Below are positions 27,529-34,894 of a stretch of 60,237 nt of DNA, piece by piece. The DNA is from a virus (taxonomy: Duplodnaviria > Caudoviricetes): positions 1 to 60,237 of the IMG/VR virus record IMGVR_UViG_3300045110_000134, one strand, 5' to 3'. The notes under the pieces were generated by a model. That model had not been told where the DNA came from and ran no database searches. It saw only the letters and a program-made list of their open reading frames with translations. A program made the position numbers and the translations under genes. Within the stretch, counting starts at the first letter, position 1; every line of letters begins with the position of its first letter.

Positions 27529-27778
27529 TCAGCACACAGTTCTTCAGTTGCCATGGCAAGCCAGAAAAGTCAGAGATACACGCTTATCCCGGCCCGTATG
27601 CTTACATTTGCCTTATGACCATTCGGTGTTGCGGGCGTGCGCGTAGCTCGTGTGGGAAGCACGCAATGCGCCCCAAACATCGGCTCGTATTTGGAACCAC
27701 ACACAATGCAGATACCTAGTTGCTCGCTGACATTGGTCATACTTCCTCCGTTGCGCCTTCAGTTGCCATTGCCCTTTC

Positions 27779-28095
27779 CCTCACTCGCGGTCTTCATCGC
27801 TTCACCGGCAGAAAGGCTCGCTTGGTCATCTCTTGCAGCCATGCGCTTACCTCCTCGTCTGCCAGCAACTGATAGGCTGTTTGTTTGTCGAGCGGATGCC
27901 CATTGACTGACACGAATTCCTCTAAGTGAACGATGATCGAGCCTAGCTTGATGAGCAGTGTAGCGTTCGGCTTCAATGGATCACTCGCGGTCTTCTCATC
28001 CTTATAACGCAAGCATTTTATGCAGCGAATGCAATTAGGACTATTGCCCCAGCCGCATTTGGGGCAACTCCATTCCTCACTCGCGGTCTTCATCG
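27779..28095. repeat. 21-bp direct repeat CCTCACTCGCGGTCTTCATCG bracketing one gene, with an internal 15-bp copy
   Basis: 27779-27799 and 28075-28095; TCACTCGCGGTCTTC at 27981-27995. Confidence 0.9.
27794..28093 (-). CDS. RanBP2-type zinc finger-like domain plus second module
   Basis: WSCPKCGWGN...CIKC; ATGA coupling. Confidence 0.65.
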   Translation of the reverse strand: MKTASEEWSCPKCGWGNSPNCIRCIKCLRYKDEKTASDPLKPNATLLIKLGSIIVHLEEFVSVNGHPLDKQTAYQLLADEEVSAWLQEMTKRAFLPVKR

Positions 28096-28461
28096 TCGTT
28101 TCCTCATCGTGGCAACCTTGCGCTCTACTGCGTGGTCAGACTCGATAAACAAGCCAGTAAGTTTCAGCAACTTAACAACCAGTTCGCCGGCCGGCGTGAG
28201 CTCGCAGTAGGCTGTCAACTCGTACACATTCATCCACTTTTTCAAGTCGCGCTTTGCCTTGCGCTGGATCAGTCCGCGCTTCGTGAGTGCATTTTCTGCT
28301 GCGATGAAGTTATCCGGCATGTGGATGTTGCCAAAGTTCCAACGGTCCCACACCACGTTATCCGCAACGGCACAAAGGAACTGCATCTGAACCTTGGTGA
28401 GTCCCAGGACAAAATTAGTCCGCATCACGTAACCCTTGAAATTGTCTTTCCAATCGTTCAC
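28090..28461 (-). CDS. Winged-helix-like hypothetical protein
   Basis: ALTKRGLI...ELTPAGELV. Confidence 0.65.
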   Translation of the reverse strand: MNDWKDNFKGYVMRTNFVLGLTKVQMQFLCAVADNVVWDRWNFGNIHMPDNFIAAENALTKRGLIQRKAKRDLKKWMNVYELTAYCELTPAGELVVKLLKLTGLFIESDHAVERKVATMRKRR

Positions 28462-28685
28462 AGTGGTCTCCTCGTCGGTTTCGGGATCGTCAACGGGATC
28501 GGCTTGGCCCCAGCCCGCCGCGGCGCCTTGTGATGCAGCTTCTTTGGTCTTCCCCTGGGCGCGAACCCTCTCCAGGTCCGCACCTTACACTTGGGGCAAC
28601 GCTGGGGCGGTTCCTTTGCGGTACTCGTCCATTCGTGCCCGCATCGTTCACAGATGCATAGTCTCGCTGTAACGGTAGCAATCAT
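28458..28685 (-). CDS. Zinc-ribbon protein with RGRP (AT-hook-like) tail
   Basis: CERCGHEW...PQRCPKCK..W...RGRPKK. Confidence 0.7.
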   Translation of the reverse strand: MIATVTARLCICERCGHEWTSTAKEPPQRCPKCKVRTWRGFAPRGRPKKLHHKAPRRAGAKPIPLTIPKPTRRPL

Positions 28686-29167
28686 CGAATGGCCACCAGG
28701 ACCGTTACCAGCACGATTAGAACAGCCATCGTCGCCATAACCCACTTACAAACGGTTTCCATGCGCTGCCGGCGCAGTTTCTTCTTGCAGGCTTCGTTCT
28801 GAATCCAACCCATCTGGGACCAGGCTATCTCTCGTTCCCAGTCTGGAATGGTGCGCTTCGTGCCCTGGTGCCGTCCAAGGATCTTAGTCACTGCATCGTC
28901 TACCTCGGTTACTTCCCGGCCCACTGCTGCTGTTAGGCGGCAGTTGTCGCACAAGCAACACTCCGGGTGCGGCCATTGCTGAATCTCTGCATCTAGTTTG
29001 GCGTTCTCTTCCGCGTAAGATTGCTTCCGCTGTGGGAACTTGTCCTCGTCAATCTCGGGCTCGTAGTCGTCTTCCCGTCGTTCGTTCTTATTAAACTGGT
29101 CTTCACCGTAATGCCCGGTGATGTAGTTGTCTAAGTCGTTTCTCTGTCGGTCGTTAAGCCAAGTCAT
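28682..29167 (-). CDS. Hypothetical protein with C-terminal transmembrane helix
   Basis: AGGAG RBS; LDNYITGHYGEDQF; C-terminal WVMATMAVLIVLVTVLVAIR. Confidence 0.7.
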   Translation of the reverse strand: MTWLNDRQRNDLDNYITGHYGEDQFNKNERREDDYEPEIDEDKFPQRKQSYAEENAKLDAEIQQWPHPECCLCDNCRLTAAVGREVTEVDDAVTKILGRHQGTKRTIPDWEREIAWSQMGWIQNEACKKKLRRQRMETVCKWVMATMAVLIVLVTVLVAIR

Positions 29168-29244
29168 TCTATTTCTCCTGATAATGTCATCGGTCGTAGT
29201 CCTCCACTGCAGGCCAGTGCTCCGACACCGGCCAACTAGCAAGA

Positions 29245-29475
29245 CTAGGCCGCTTTTCGTCCGCCTCGGATTAGTCTCCAGCGTTTGCGCTGCGCTACCG
29301 CAATCCTGTGGCGTGCAGCCTGGGACATGCGGCGCCGCGGTTTCGGTTCGAGTTCTGGGATCGTCTTATCCGGGATCGTCTTAGTCCCTAGGTCGCTTAG
29401 GTCGTCCAAAAGATCAGCCGCCTGCAAGACCTTGGCTGCGTATTCGCGTAACTGCTTTGTAACTAGTTGCATCAT
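29245..29475 (-). CDS. Small basic protein with MSxAARxRIAxAQRKRW tail
   Basis: GGAGG RBS; motif recalled as common in Acidobacteriota proteins. Confidence 0.7.
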   Translation of the reverse strand: MMQLVTKQLREYAAKVLQAADLLDDLSDLGTKTIPDKTIPELEPKPRRRMSQAARHRIAVAQRKRWRLIRGGRKAA

Positions 29476-29575
29476 CGTGTCGCCTCCAGGTTGAGAGATT
29501 GCCGGGTTACGTACCGGCCCTCGGTACCATCCGAGACGTTCTCGCGGAGGAGGAAATCTACTCCGGGGAGAGAAT

Positions 29576-30139
29576 CTAGTCGCCAAAATAAAACTGCTGC
29601 GCGTATCGCAACATCACAGCGTCATCGGCGGAATCTGTGTAAGCCTCTGTCCAAGGTTTGAACCAGTCCTGATACTCGAATCGCGCCTTGCATGGCTGTT
29701 TGTAGCGGTCGAGTTCTCCAACGATGCGCGCTGCAGGCCCACCAGTTGTGAGCAGGATTGCAAACTCGCAGTCCTGGGTGTCAATGTCATCACTGCCGGG
29801 TGTGTGCCAGTCGGATCGGACCTCTACCGAAAGCGCATCTTCTTGAATTCGTTCCCTTGCGCGTTCCTCATCGTGCCAGGATTCCGGCTCGTCTGAATCT
29901 TTGCCCTCGGTGCATTCCGTGGTTCCCGCGCCTTTACAGGTTTTGCAATCTTCTTCCTCGTTGTTTACCGCTGTGTCCGCCTTCCCTGTGCCGGCGCAAT
30001 CGGTGCATTCCATTTCGCCGTTGCACTCGCCGGCGTGTTCTAGCGCTTCCACCATTTCGCGGATATTGGAAATTGCTATCTTGGCGTAGTCGTTGGCTTG
30101 GGTTTGGAAATCCTTCTCTTGTTCTTTTACTTTCGGCAT
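29576..30139 (-). CDS. Hypothetical protein with DnaJ-type CxxCxGxG zinc insert
   Basis: GAGGAG RBS before ATG 30139; CTDCAGTG, CKTCKGAG; ILLTTGGPAARI...YQDW; frame open upstream to GTG 30364. Confidence 0.7.
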   Translation of the reverse strand: MPKVKEQEKDFQTQANDYAKIAISNIREMVEALEHAGECNGEMECTDCAGTGKADTAVNNEEEDCKTCKGAGTTECTEGKDSDEPESWHDEERARERIQEDALSVEVRSDWHTPGSDDIDTQDCEFAILLTTGGPAARIVGELDRYKQPCKARFEYQDWFKPWTEAYTDSADDAVMLRYAQQFYFGD

Positions 30140-30356
30140 GTTCGTCTCCTCTGCCTCTGGTAGAGGCTTGGTTTTATCGGCCTTCTTGTTCAGCCCGCAT
30201 GGTGCCGTAGCAGGCAAGCGGACCCGGAAGGCCAAGGTGTCAAAGTCGCGTCCAATCTCTAGTTCTAAGTCGCGTTGCGCGTCCCATGACTCTTCTAGCT
30301 TTTGGACTGCCAGCTTGAGCAGTCTCACCATTTCAGGGGTAATCTTCTGTTTGCGT

Positions 30357-30455
30357 TTAGCCACGGCCCACCCCTGTCACGTACCAGTACACAGGCACGA
30401 TTACGATTACAGCGAAAATGCAGAGTGCAATAGCGGCTACCTGTTGGATTGACAT
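30357..30455 (-). CDS. 32-aa single-pass membrane peptide (not in ORF track)
   Basis: GAGGA RBS; MSIQQVAAIALCIFAVIVIVPVYWYVTGVGRG. Confidence 0.55.
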   Translation of the reverse strand: MSIQQVAAIALCIFAVIVIVPVYWYVTGVGRG

Positions 30456-30514
30456 AATTTCCTCTCGATGCTGGTTGCATCAATGGCCAGTCTGCGAACT
30501 GGCCAATGTCGCAA

Positions 30515-31369
30515 CTAGGCTGCTAACGTCCCAGTCTTCAGTGCTTCCATTCTCTCCGCCAGTTGCCACAGTGCGCGGTTAAGCCGGACATCCTGGTCAA
30601 TGCCCTTGACTTCGCGGGTGCTGACCAGCCTGGGGCGTCGGTTCTCAGGGGTACGCGGTTGACGTGCGGACAATCCACCTTTAATCACGTTTTCCTGCAC
30701 CTTGTTGAAGGTGCGCCACAGGTCCGGAGAGTTATCTCCGCCTCTGCGAGTCCAGAGCAACTGACTGGCTGTAATCGGGGTGTCTACGCGACCCTCGGAA
30801 TCAGCGAACCGGAGAGTATGGGCAGCTTCAGCGAATGCGTTCTGCTCACCACTGGTCAGCTGTAGCGACTGCCAACGGTTCACAGTATCCAAGACTCGCG
30901 GCGCCTGCCGGACAATCTGGTCCGACGCTTCCACCACCGCATCGATGATATTGCCCTTGTGTTGGACGTGTACGCTGGCAACCTCGGAATCAGATACCAT
31001 CGCACCATTCCCGCAGATAAATCGCCACAACCCCAGCATGAGGCGGTAAGCGCTCGTCCCATCATGTGCGTTGACCAGCACCACTTCTGGGACCACTTCG
31101 CCCACCACCGCGGCGCGTTCCATGTCAGCCATTCTGCGGAAGCGCAGCATGTGCTTGGTGAACTCCTTCCGCGAGAGGTCCCTGGATCGGGACTGGGAAG
31201 CACTAAACGGAAAGAACCCCGCCCGCTCCATACCCTTGATTACGTCTAAGGTCGGAATGTAGGTATAGCGGTCTGAGCGGCTTTCATGGGGTTGCAACGC
31301 CAGGGCGGAAGGAGCAAGGTGTCCAATAGCTTCAATGGTGAGCGGTTGCGAGTTACGCGAGATATACAT
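30515..31369 (-). CDS. DUF932/DUF945 family protein
   Basis: HESRSDRYTYIPT, FTKHMLRFR, LVNAHDGTSAY, RFICGNG, DLWRTFNKVQENVIKGG, LNRALW. Confidence 0.9.
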   Translation of the reverse strand: MYISRNSQPLTIEAIGHLAPSALALQPHESRSDRYTYIPTLDVIKGMERAGFFPFSASQSRSRDLSRKEFTKHMLRFRRMADMERAAVVGEVVPEVVLVNAHDGTSAYRLMLGLWRFICGNGAMVSDSEVASVHVQHKGNIIDAVVEASDQIVRQAPRVLDTVNRWQSLQLTSGEQNAFAEAAHTLRFADSEGRVDTPITASQLLWTRRGGDNSPDLWRTFNKVQENVIKGGLSARQPRTPENRRPRLVSTREVKGIDQDVRLNRALWQLAERMEALKTGTLAA

Positions 31370-31403
31370 GGTTTCCTCTTTGGTCGCTGGTAGCGACTGG
31401 CCC

Positions 31404-31432
31404 ACCATGTCATACTAGTATGAACCTGTCAA
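31404..31432 (-). promoter_or_regulatory. Leftward promoter with palindromic operator
   Basis: Reverse TTGACA at 31427-31432; perfect 14-bp palindrome TCATACTAGTATGA at 31410-31423 in the spacer; -10 weak. Confidence 0.55.
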
Positions 31433-31565
31433 GAGAATAATTCGGTAAGCGTTGCTCGAATTTCTCTAGCGCATCTAGAGCGGATTAGGTTCCAAAGCCT
31501 CTCACTAACCTCTAACTAACTTCAACCTCTCCTCCTGGTCACCCGGCTTTACTCCCAGGCGCTTC

Positions 31566-31613
31566 CACACCTTACTGTGTCCCCACCCTCACACCTTACT
31601 GTGTGTCCCCACC
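31566..31613. repeat. Tandem duplication CACACCTTACTGTGT(GT)CCCCACC
   Basis: Copies start at 31566 and 31590. Confidence 0.85.
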
Positions 31614-31999
31614 ACTCCCCGCCTGGACTCGCCAGAAATCTCTCCCCCAGGTCACCACTCAGCCCTCTGAATCCCTTCCCAGGAATTCAGCAGGACGGTG
31701 CAAACACCTTTTAGAATCAGCCTGTTATTCGCCAGTCGTTGCATTGTCCGTTAATCCGCACCTGATCTGCGGGCGATTGTCCAGTGATCTGCTCTGGGAG
31801 CCTGGGAATAGGCGGCCTATGGTATCAATTCAGGTATCACACAACAGCCAAGTGCAGCACTATCAACAACTGGCGGAGAGGGCGTTATTCTCCTCGCGGC
31901 CTATAGTCGGCCCAGGGAAGTTGTCCGCCCCCCCCTCCCCCCTCCGCGAGCAGTAGCGCATTTCCCCCGCTCTGATTTTACTGATAAAAAATTGAAAAA

Positions 32000-32067
32000 G
32001 GTAAAGGTAACCAAGGTAACCGAATTAACTTGACAGAGGCAGGGTAACCGGGGTAAACAAGGTAACC
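32000..32067 (+). promoter_or_regulatory. Rightward promoter flanked by 9-bp-period GGTAA(C/A)C operator repeats
   Basis: Repeats at 32006, 32015, 32043, 32052, 32061; TTGACA at 32030-32035. Confidence 0.7.
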
Positions 32068-32068
32068 G

Positions 32069-32515
32069 ATGGACATGAATATCAAGGGGGTAGATCCTGG
32101 GGTGCTGCAGGCTGTAAAGGTAGAGGCAGCGCGGAGGGGGATGACGTTGAAGGCGTTTGTGGTGGGGGTATTGGAGAATGAGGTAGGAGGGGGTGATGGA
32201 TCTAGGGAAGCTGGCGGAGTTAAGTCATCACAGGAAGTGTCTAGAGTGCGGGGCGGAGTTCGAATCAAACGAGAAAGAAAGCGCGCTGGTGCAGTTCGCG
32301 GACCACAGCACGATACACAACCCGACACCGGAGCAGTGGGCGGAGGCATACGAGCGGATACAGGCGGGGAAGGAAAGGGTGAAGGAGCGAAGTTAGCGAC
32401 GAAGTACGATGGGAGTCCGGACACCTGCCCGCGCTGCCGGGTTCAGTTGGAAGTTGCGAGTGGGAGTAAGACGAAGTGCCCGAGATGTGGGGAGACGTAC
32501 CGGAGGATGGTATGA
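32069..32515 (+). CDS. Ribbon-helix-helix protein with low-complexity middle and C-terminal zinc ribbon
   Basis: MNIKGVDPGVLQAVKVEAARRGMTLKAFVVGVLENEV; CPRC...CPRCG. Confidence 0.7.
   Translation: MDMNIKGVDPGVLQAVKVEAARRGMTLKAFVVGVLENEVGGGDGSREAGGVKSSQEVSRVRGGVRIKRERKRAGAVRGPQHDTQPDTGAVGGGIRADTGGEGKGEGAKLATKYDGSPDTCPRCRVQLEVASGSKTKCPRCGETYRRMV
32196..32396 (+). CDS. C2H2-like zinc protein nested in an alternative frame
   Basis: AGGAGG RBS; KCLECGAEF...FADHSTIH. Confidence 0.6.
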   Translation: MDLGKLAELSHHRKCLECGAEFESNEKESALVQFADHSTIHNPTPEQWAEAYERIQAGKERVKERS

Positions 32516-32778
32516 CGAATTTCGAGGTTTGGTTTGGGATGGTGGAGATGTTGATGGGGGTGGAGGGGTGTCTTGTCCTGGGGTCGCGGGAGGAGCGGTC
32601 GGTGGGGGAGTTGATAGAGGACCGGCTAGGGTACGGGGTGAGTTACCGGGTGGAGGGGGAAGCGACGGCCGGGGATGCGTTAAGGCAGCTGAATTTGATT
32701 GAGGCTTATGCGGGGTGCAAGCTGCAAGTTCCGGAAGAGCCGCGGCACTTTTACAAGACCAGGATGGTAACGAATTGA
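32512..32778 (+). CDS. Hypothetical protein
   Basis: GGAGG RBS; ATGA coupling. Confidence 0.55.
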   Translation: MTNFEVWFGMVEMLMGVEGCLVLGSREERSVGELIEDRLGYGVSYRVEGEATAGDALRQLNLIEAYAGCKLQVPEEPRHFYKTRMVTN

Positions 32779-33059
32779 AAGCCCTGGACGGAAAATTTGG
32801 GATTCGGGAAGATGGCAGGATTGCGAACCTGGTATCGGGGGAACTGATACCCGAAGATGAACCGCTGTTCCTGCTTCGCGGCCGAGACATCGTGGCGCAC
32901 ACTGCCCTAACCGCGTACCTATCGGAATGCGAGGAGTACGGTTGCAACGAACTCCACTTGGCCGGGATTAACAAGGTGCGGGAAAACTTTCGACGCTTTG
33001 CTATTGAGCACACCGACCGCATGAAGCAGCCGGGGATTACGGGGCACCTGAAACTATGA
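32775..33059 (+). CDS. Small phage protein of the IPEDEPxFxLRxxD family
   Basis: TTGA coupling; IPEDEPLFLLRGRDIVA..AL.AY. Confidence 0.65.
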   Translation: MKALDGKFGIREDGRIANLVSGELIPEDEPLFLLRGRDIVAHTALTAYLSECEEYGCNELHLAGINKVRENFRRFAIEHTDRMKQPGITGHLKL

Positions 33060-33151
33060 GGTCGGAAGAGATAGCGGCGCTCTGGTACGGGGCTTTGTTG
33101 CTGCTGGTGGCGATAGCGTTTATGGCGCACCGGCTGTGGGTGGGGTTGTGA
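33056..33151 (+). CDS. 31-aa membrane peptide (not in ORF track)
   Basis: ATGA coupling; MRSEEIAALWYGALLLLVAIAFMAHRLWVGL. Confidence 0.5.
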   Translation: MRSEEIAALWYGALLLLVAIAFMAHRLWVGL

Positions 33152-33213
33152 TGGAATGGTGGGATGAGGTCAACCTTGATCCGGAAGTGCAGAAGGAACG
33201 GAGCAGTGAGGAT

Positions 33214-33372
33214 ATGAGCCAGAGACCCCAGATCCAGTTACGCTTTCGCGACCAGGCGCAGCACGAGCGGATCCGGAAAGAGGCGGAGGTTGCCGGGGTG
33301 TCGTTGAACGAGTACATTCTCAGGAAACTGGAAAGTCCAAAGTTGGACCTCTCAAGAAGGAAAGTCTCGTGA
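33214..33372 (+). CDS. Ribbon-helix-helix (HicB/Arc-like) regulator
   Basis: QIQLRF...HERIRKEAEVAGVSLNEYILRKL; start could be 33151. Confidence 0.7.
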   Translation: MSQRPQIQLRFRDQAQHERIRKEAEVAGVSLNEYILRKLESPKLDLSRRKVS

Positions 33373-33518
33373 AGGTCATGGAACCGCAAACCTGCAGCAA
33401 GTGTGGCGTGCCTGTGGCCAACATGCGCTATGATGCGGTGCTTGATGTGCTGGTATTCAAGTGCCAGCGCTGCAATTACGAGTGGATCGTCCCACCTCTG
33501 AAAAAGGGCAAGCCATGA
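33369..33518 (+). CDS. 49-aa zinc ribbon (not in ORF track)
   Basis: GTGA/ATGA coupling at both ends; CSKCG...KCQRCNYEW. Confidence 0.6.
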   Translation: MKVMEPQTCSKCGVPVANMRYDAVLDVLVFKCQRCNYEWIVPPLKKGKP

Positions 33519-34018
33519 GCATCTTTGCCTTCATCTGCAAGCACTGCGGACCCAGCGAGAAACCCTGCGAGCACGCAATGGAGTTGATCGAGTTAAAGTT
33601 CCTGCGTGATCTACAGGAAGACATGCGGCATTGCTGCAAGCTGGTGGAAGCGATGCTGCTCGAAATTCTTCATAGGCTACCTGTCCCCAAGTCGGCCACA
33701 CTCAGGTTGATTTCTGGAGGCACCATGCCAGCAACAATCCTTGTAGGCGGAACAGCGAATTCACTGTTCCAAGAGTGGACAGGTCCGAACGGCACAGGAA
33801 CAGTGGTTCCGAATGCTGGCGCACCTGCCTTCGTGTCCGATAACCCGGCTGTCGCTACCGTGGACCCGTCAACCGGGGTAGCGACCGGAGTAAGCGCGGG
33901 AGTTGCCAACATCACTGGAACCGATCCGGTTAACAGTCTCACGGCCACGGACGTACTGACGGTGAATGCGGTCGCGCAGCCGGCTGTGAGTGCGACGTTG
34001 ACCTTAACCCCAAACTAG
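33515..34018 (+). CDS. Ig-like (Big_2) protein with internal in-frame start at 33725
   Basis: SDNPAVATVDPSTGVATGVSAGVANIT; GGAGG RBS before ATG 33725. Confidence 0.75.
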   Translation: MSIFAFICKHCGPSEKPCEHAMELIELKFLRDLQEDMRHCCKLVEAMLLEILHRLPVPKSATLRLISGGTMPATILVGGTANSLFQEWTGPNGTGTVVPNAGAPAFVSDNPAVATVDPSTGVATGVSAGVANITGTDPVNSLTATDVLTVNAVAQPAVSATLTLTPN

Positions 34019-34032
34019 TTGAGGGTGCGGAC

Positions 34033-34101
34033 ATGGCGACAGTAGAACAGCGCTTGGATTCTTTGGAATCCCGGCTCGCGAAACTGGAAGCCGCACCCTG
34101 A
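34033..34101 (+). CDS. 22-aa coiled-coil peptide
   Basis: GAGG RBS; MATVEQRLDSLESRLAKLEAAP. Confidence 0.45.
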   Translation: MATVEQRLDSLESRLAKLEAAP

Positions 34102-34142
34102 AAATACTTAAACCCTAAACTGAAGCTGTATACCCTAGGGTT

Positions 34143-34331
34143 GCGGGAGGGGGAAATGAGACGAAGTGCCAACCTGGACGGTACTCGGATTCTCCTCCCG
34201 CCGTGCGATTGAAGACTCCATGCAGTGAGGGGAAGACCTCGTAAGGACTGGGAGCGAAGCGAGAGTCTTCCTAAGCGCTGTACGCGAATAAGCGAGCAGG
34301 CTGAGATGGCACCCTTACTGCACGCTCCCGG
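34143..34331 (+). ncRNA. Candidate structured non-coding RNA
   Basis: Stems 34143-54/34191-201, 34221-31/34312-22 and 34231-37/34265-71, plus alternative or pseudoknot pairings; strand inferred from context. Confidence 0.5.
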
Positions 34332-34346
34332 TTTTCTGGACAAACT

Positions 34347-34667
34347 ATGAAACCTATATTCTATGTACTCTGGCTCCCGTTCCTGATGGCATCCGCGCTT
34401 TGGCTGTCGAGCCAGTCGAAAGACGTCAAACCCACCCTCACCGACCAACAGAAGCTAGAAATAAGGAGTGCCCAGGTCCAGTTATACCAGGCTAAGGAAG
34501 TGTTGGAGTCTACCCCCCAGTTCAAAGCGTTCCAGAACGCGCAGAACCATTTGAACGAAACTGCTCTGCGGATTCAGCGCGAATCGAAGGTTGATCCGAA
34601 GCAGTGGACCCTGGGACAGGATCTTGAGTACGTGGCCGTCCCACAACCAGCACCGGAGAAAAAATAA
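34347..34667 (+). CDS. Exported or membrane-anchored coiled-coil protein
   Basis: Hydrophobic N-terminus MKPIFYVLWLPFLMASALWLS followed by a Q/E/K-rich helix. Confidence 0.7.
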   Translation: MKPIFYVLWLPFLMASALWLSSQSKDVKPTLTDQQKLEIRSAQVQLYQAKEVLESTPQFKAFQNAQNHLNETALRIQRESKVDPKQWTLGQDLEYVAVPQPAPEKK

Positions 34668-34894
34668 TGCCACCATCTGCATTTACCGATGAGCAAATTG
34701 ACGAGATGTTCACCTACCACAACGATCCTGCCAAGCTGCCGCACTACCAGGCCGTGAATGATGCAGCTAAGGCACTGTTTCGGACCATACAGGAACACTG
34801 TCCAGCTTCCCCTGATCGCTCCGCAGCTTTCCGCCTGGTTCGCGAGGCCCGCATGACAGCCAACGCAGCCATTGCGTTAGACGGGAAATACTAA
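34667..34894 (+). CDS. Acb2/Tad1-like helical hairpin protein (candidate nucleotide-signal sponge)
   Basis: FTYH...Y..V...AK.L...I...CP.S.DRS.A...VREARM.ANAAIA. Confidence 0.7.
   Translation: MPPSAFTDEQIDEMFTYHNDPAKLPHYQAVNDAAKALFRTIQEHCPASPDRSAAFRLVREARMTANAAIALDGKY

Noticed and set aside
27214-28095. Short direct repeats as a CRISPR array
   Set aside because: Spacing is irregular and long, repeats lie in frame within coding sequence, and there is no cas operon
31603-31956. 117-aa ORF in the divergent region
   Set aside because: No RBS, low-complexity composition, lies within a repeat-rich control region
32393-33130. 245-aa Pro-rich minus-strand ORF
   Set aside because: Mirror of the G-rich + strand genes, which show RBS or start/stop coupling
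34143-34331. tRNA, hammerhead or known riboswitch
   Set aside because: No cloverleaf or T-loop and no CUGAnGA/GAAA core found; kept only as an unclassified RNA candidate
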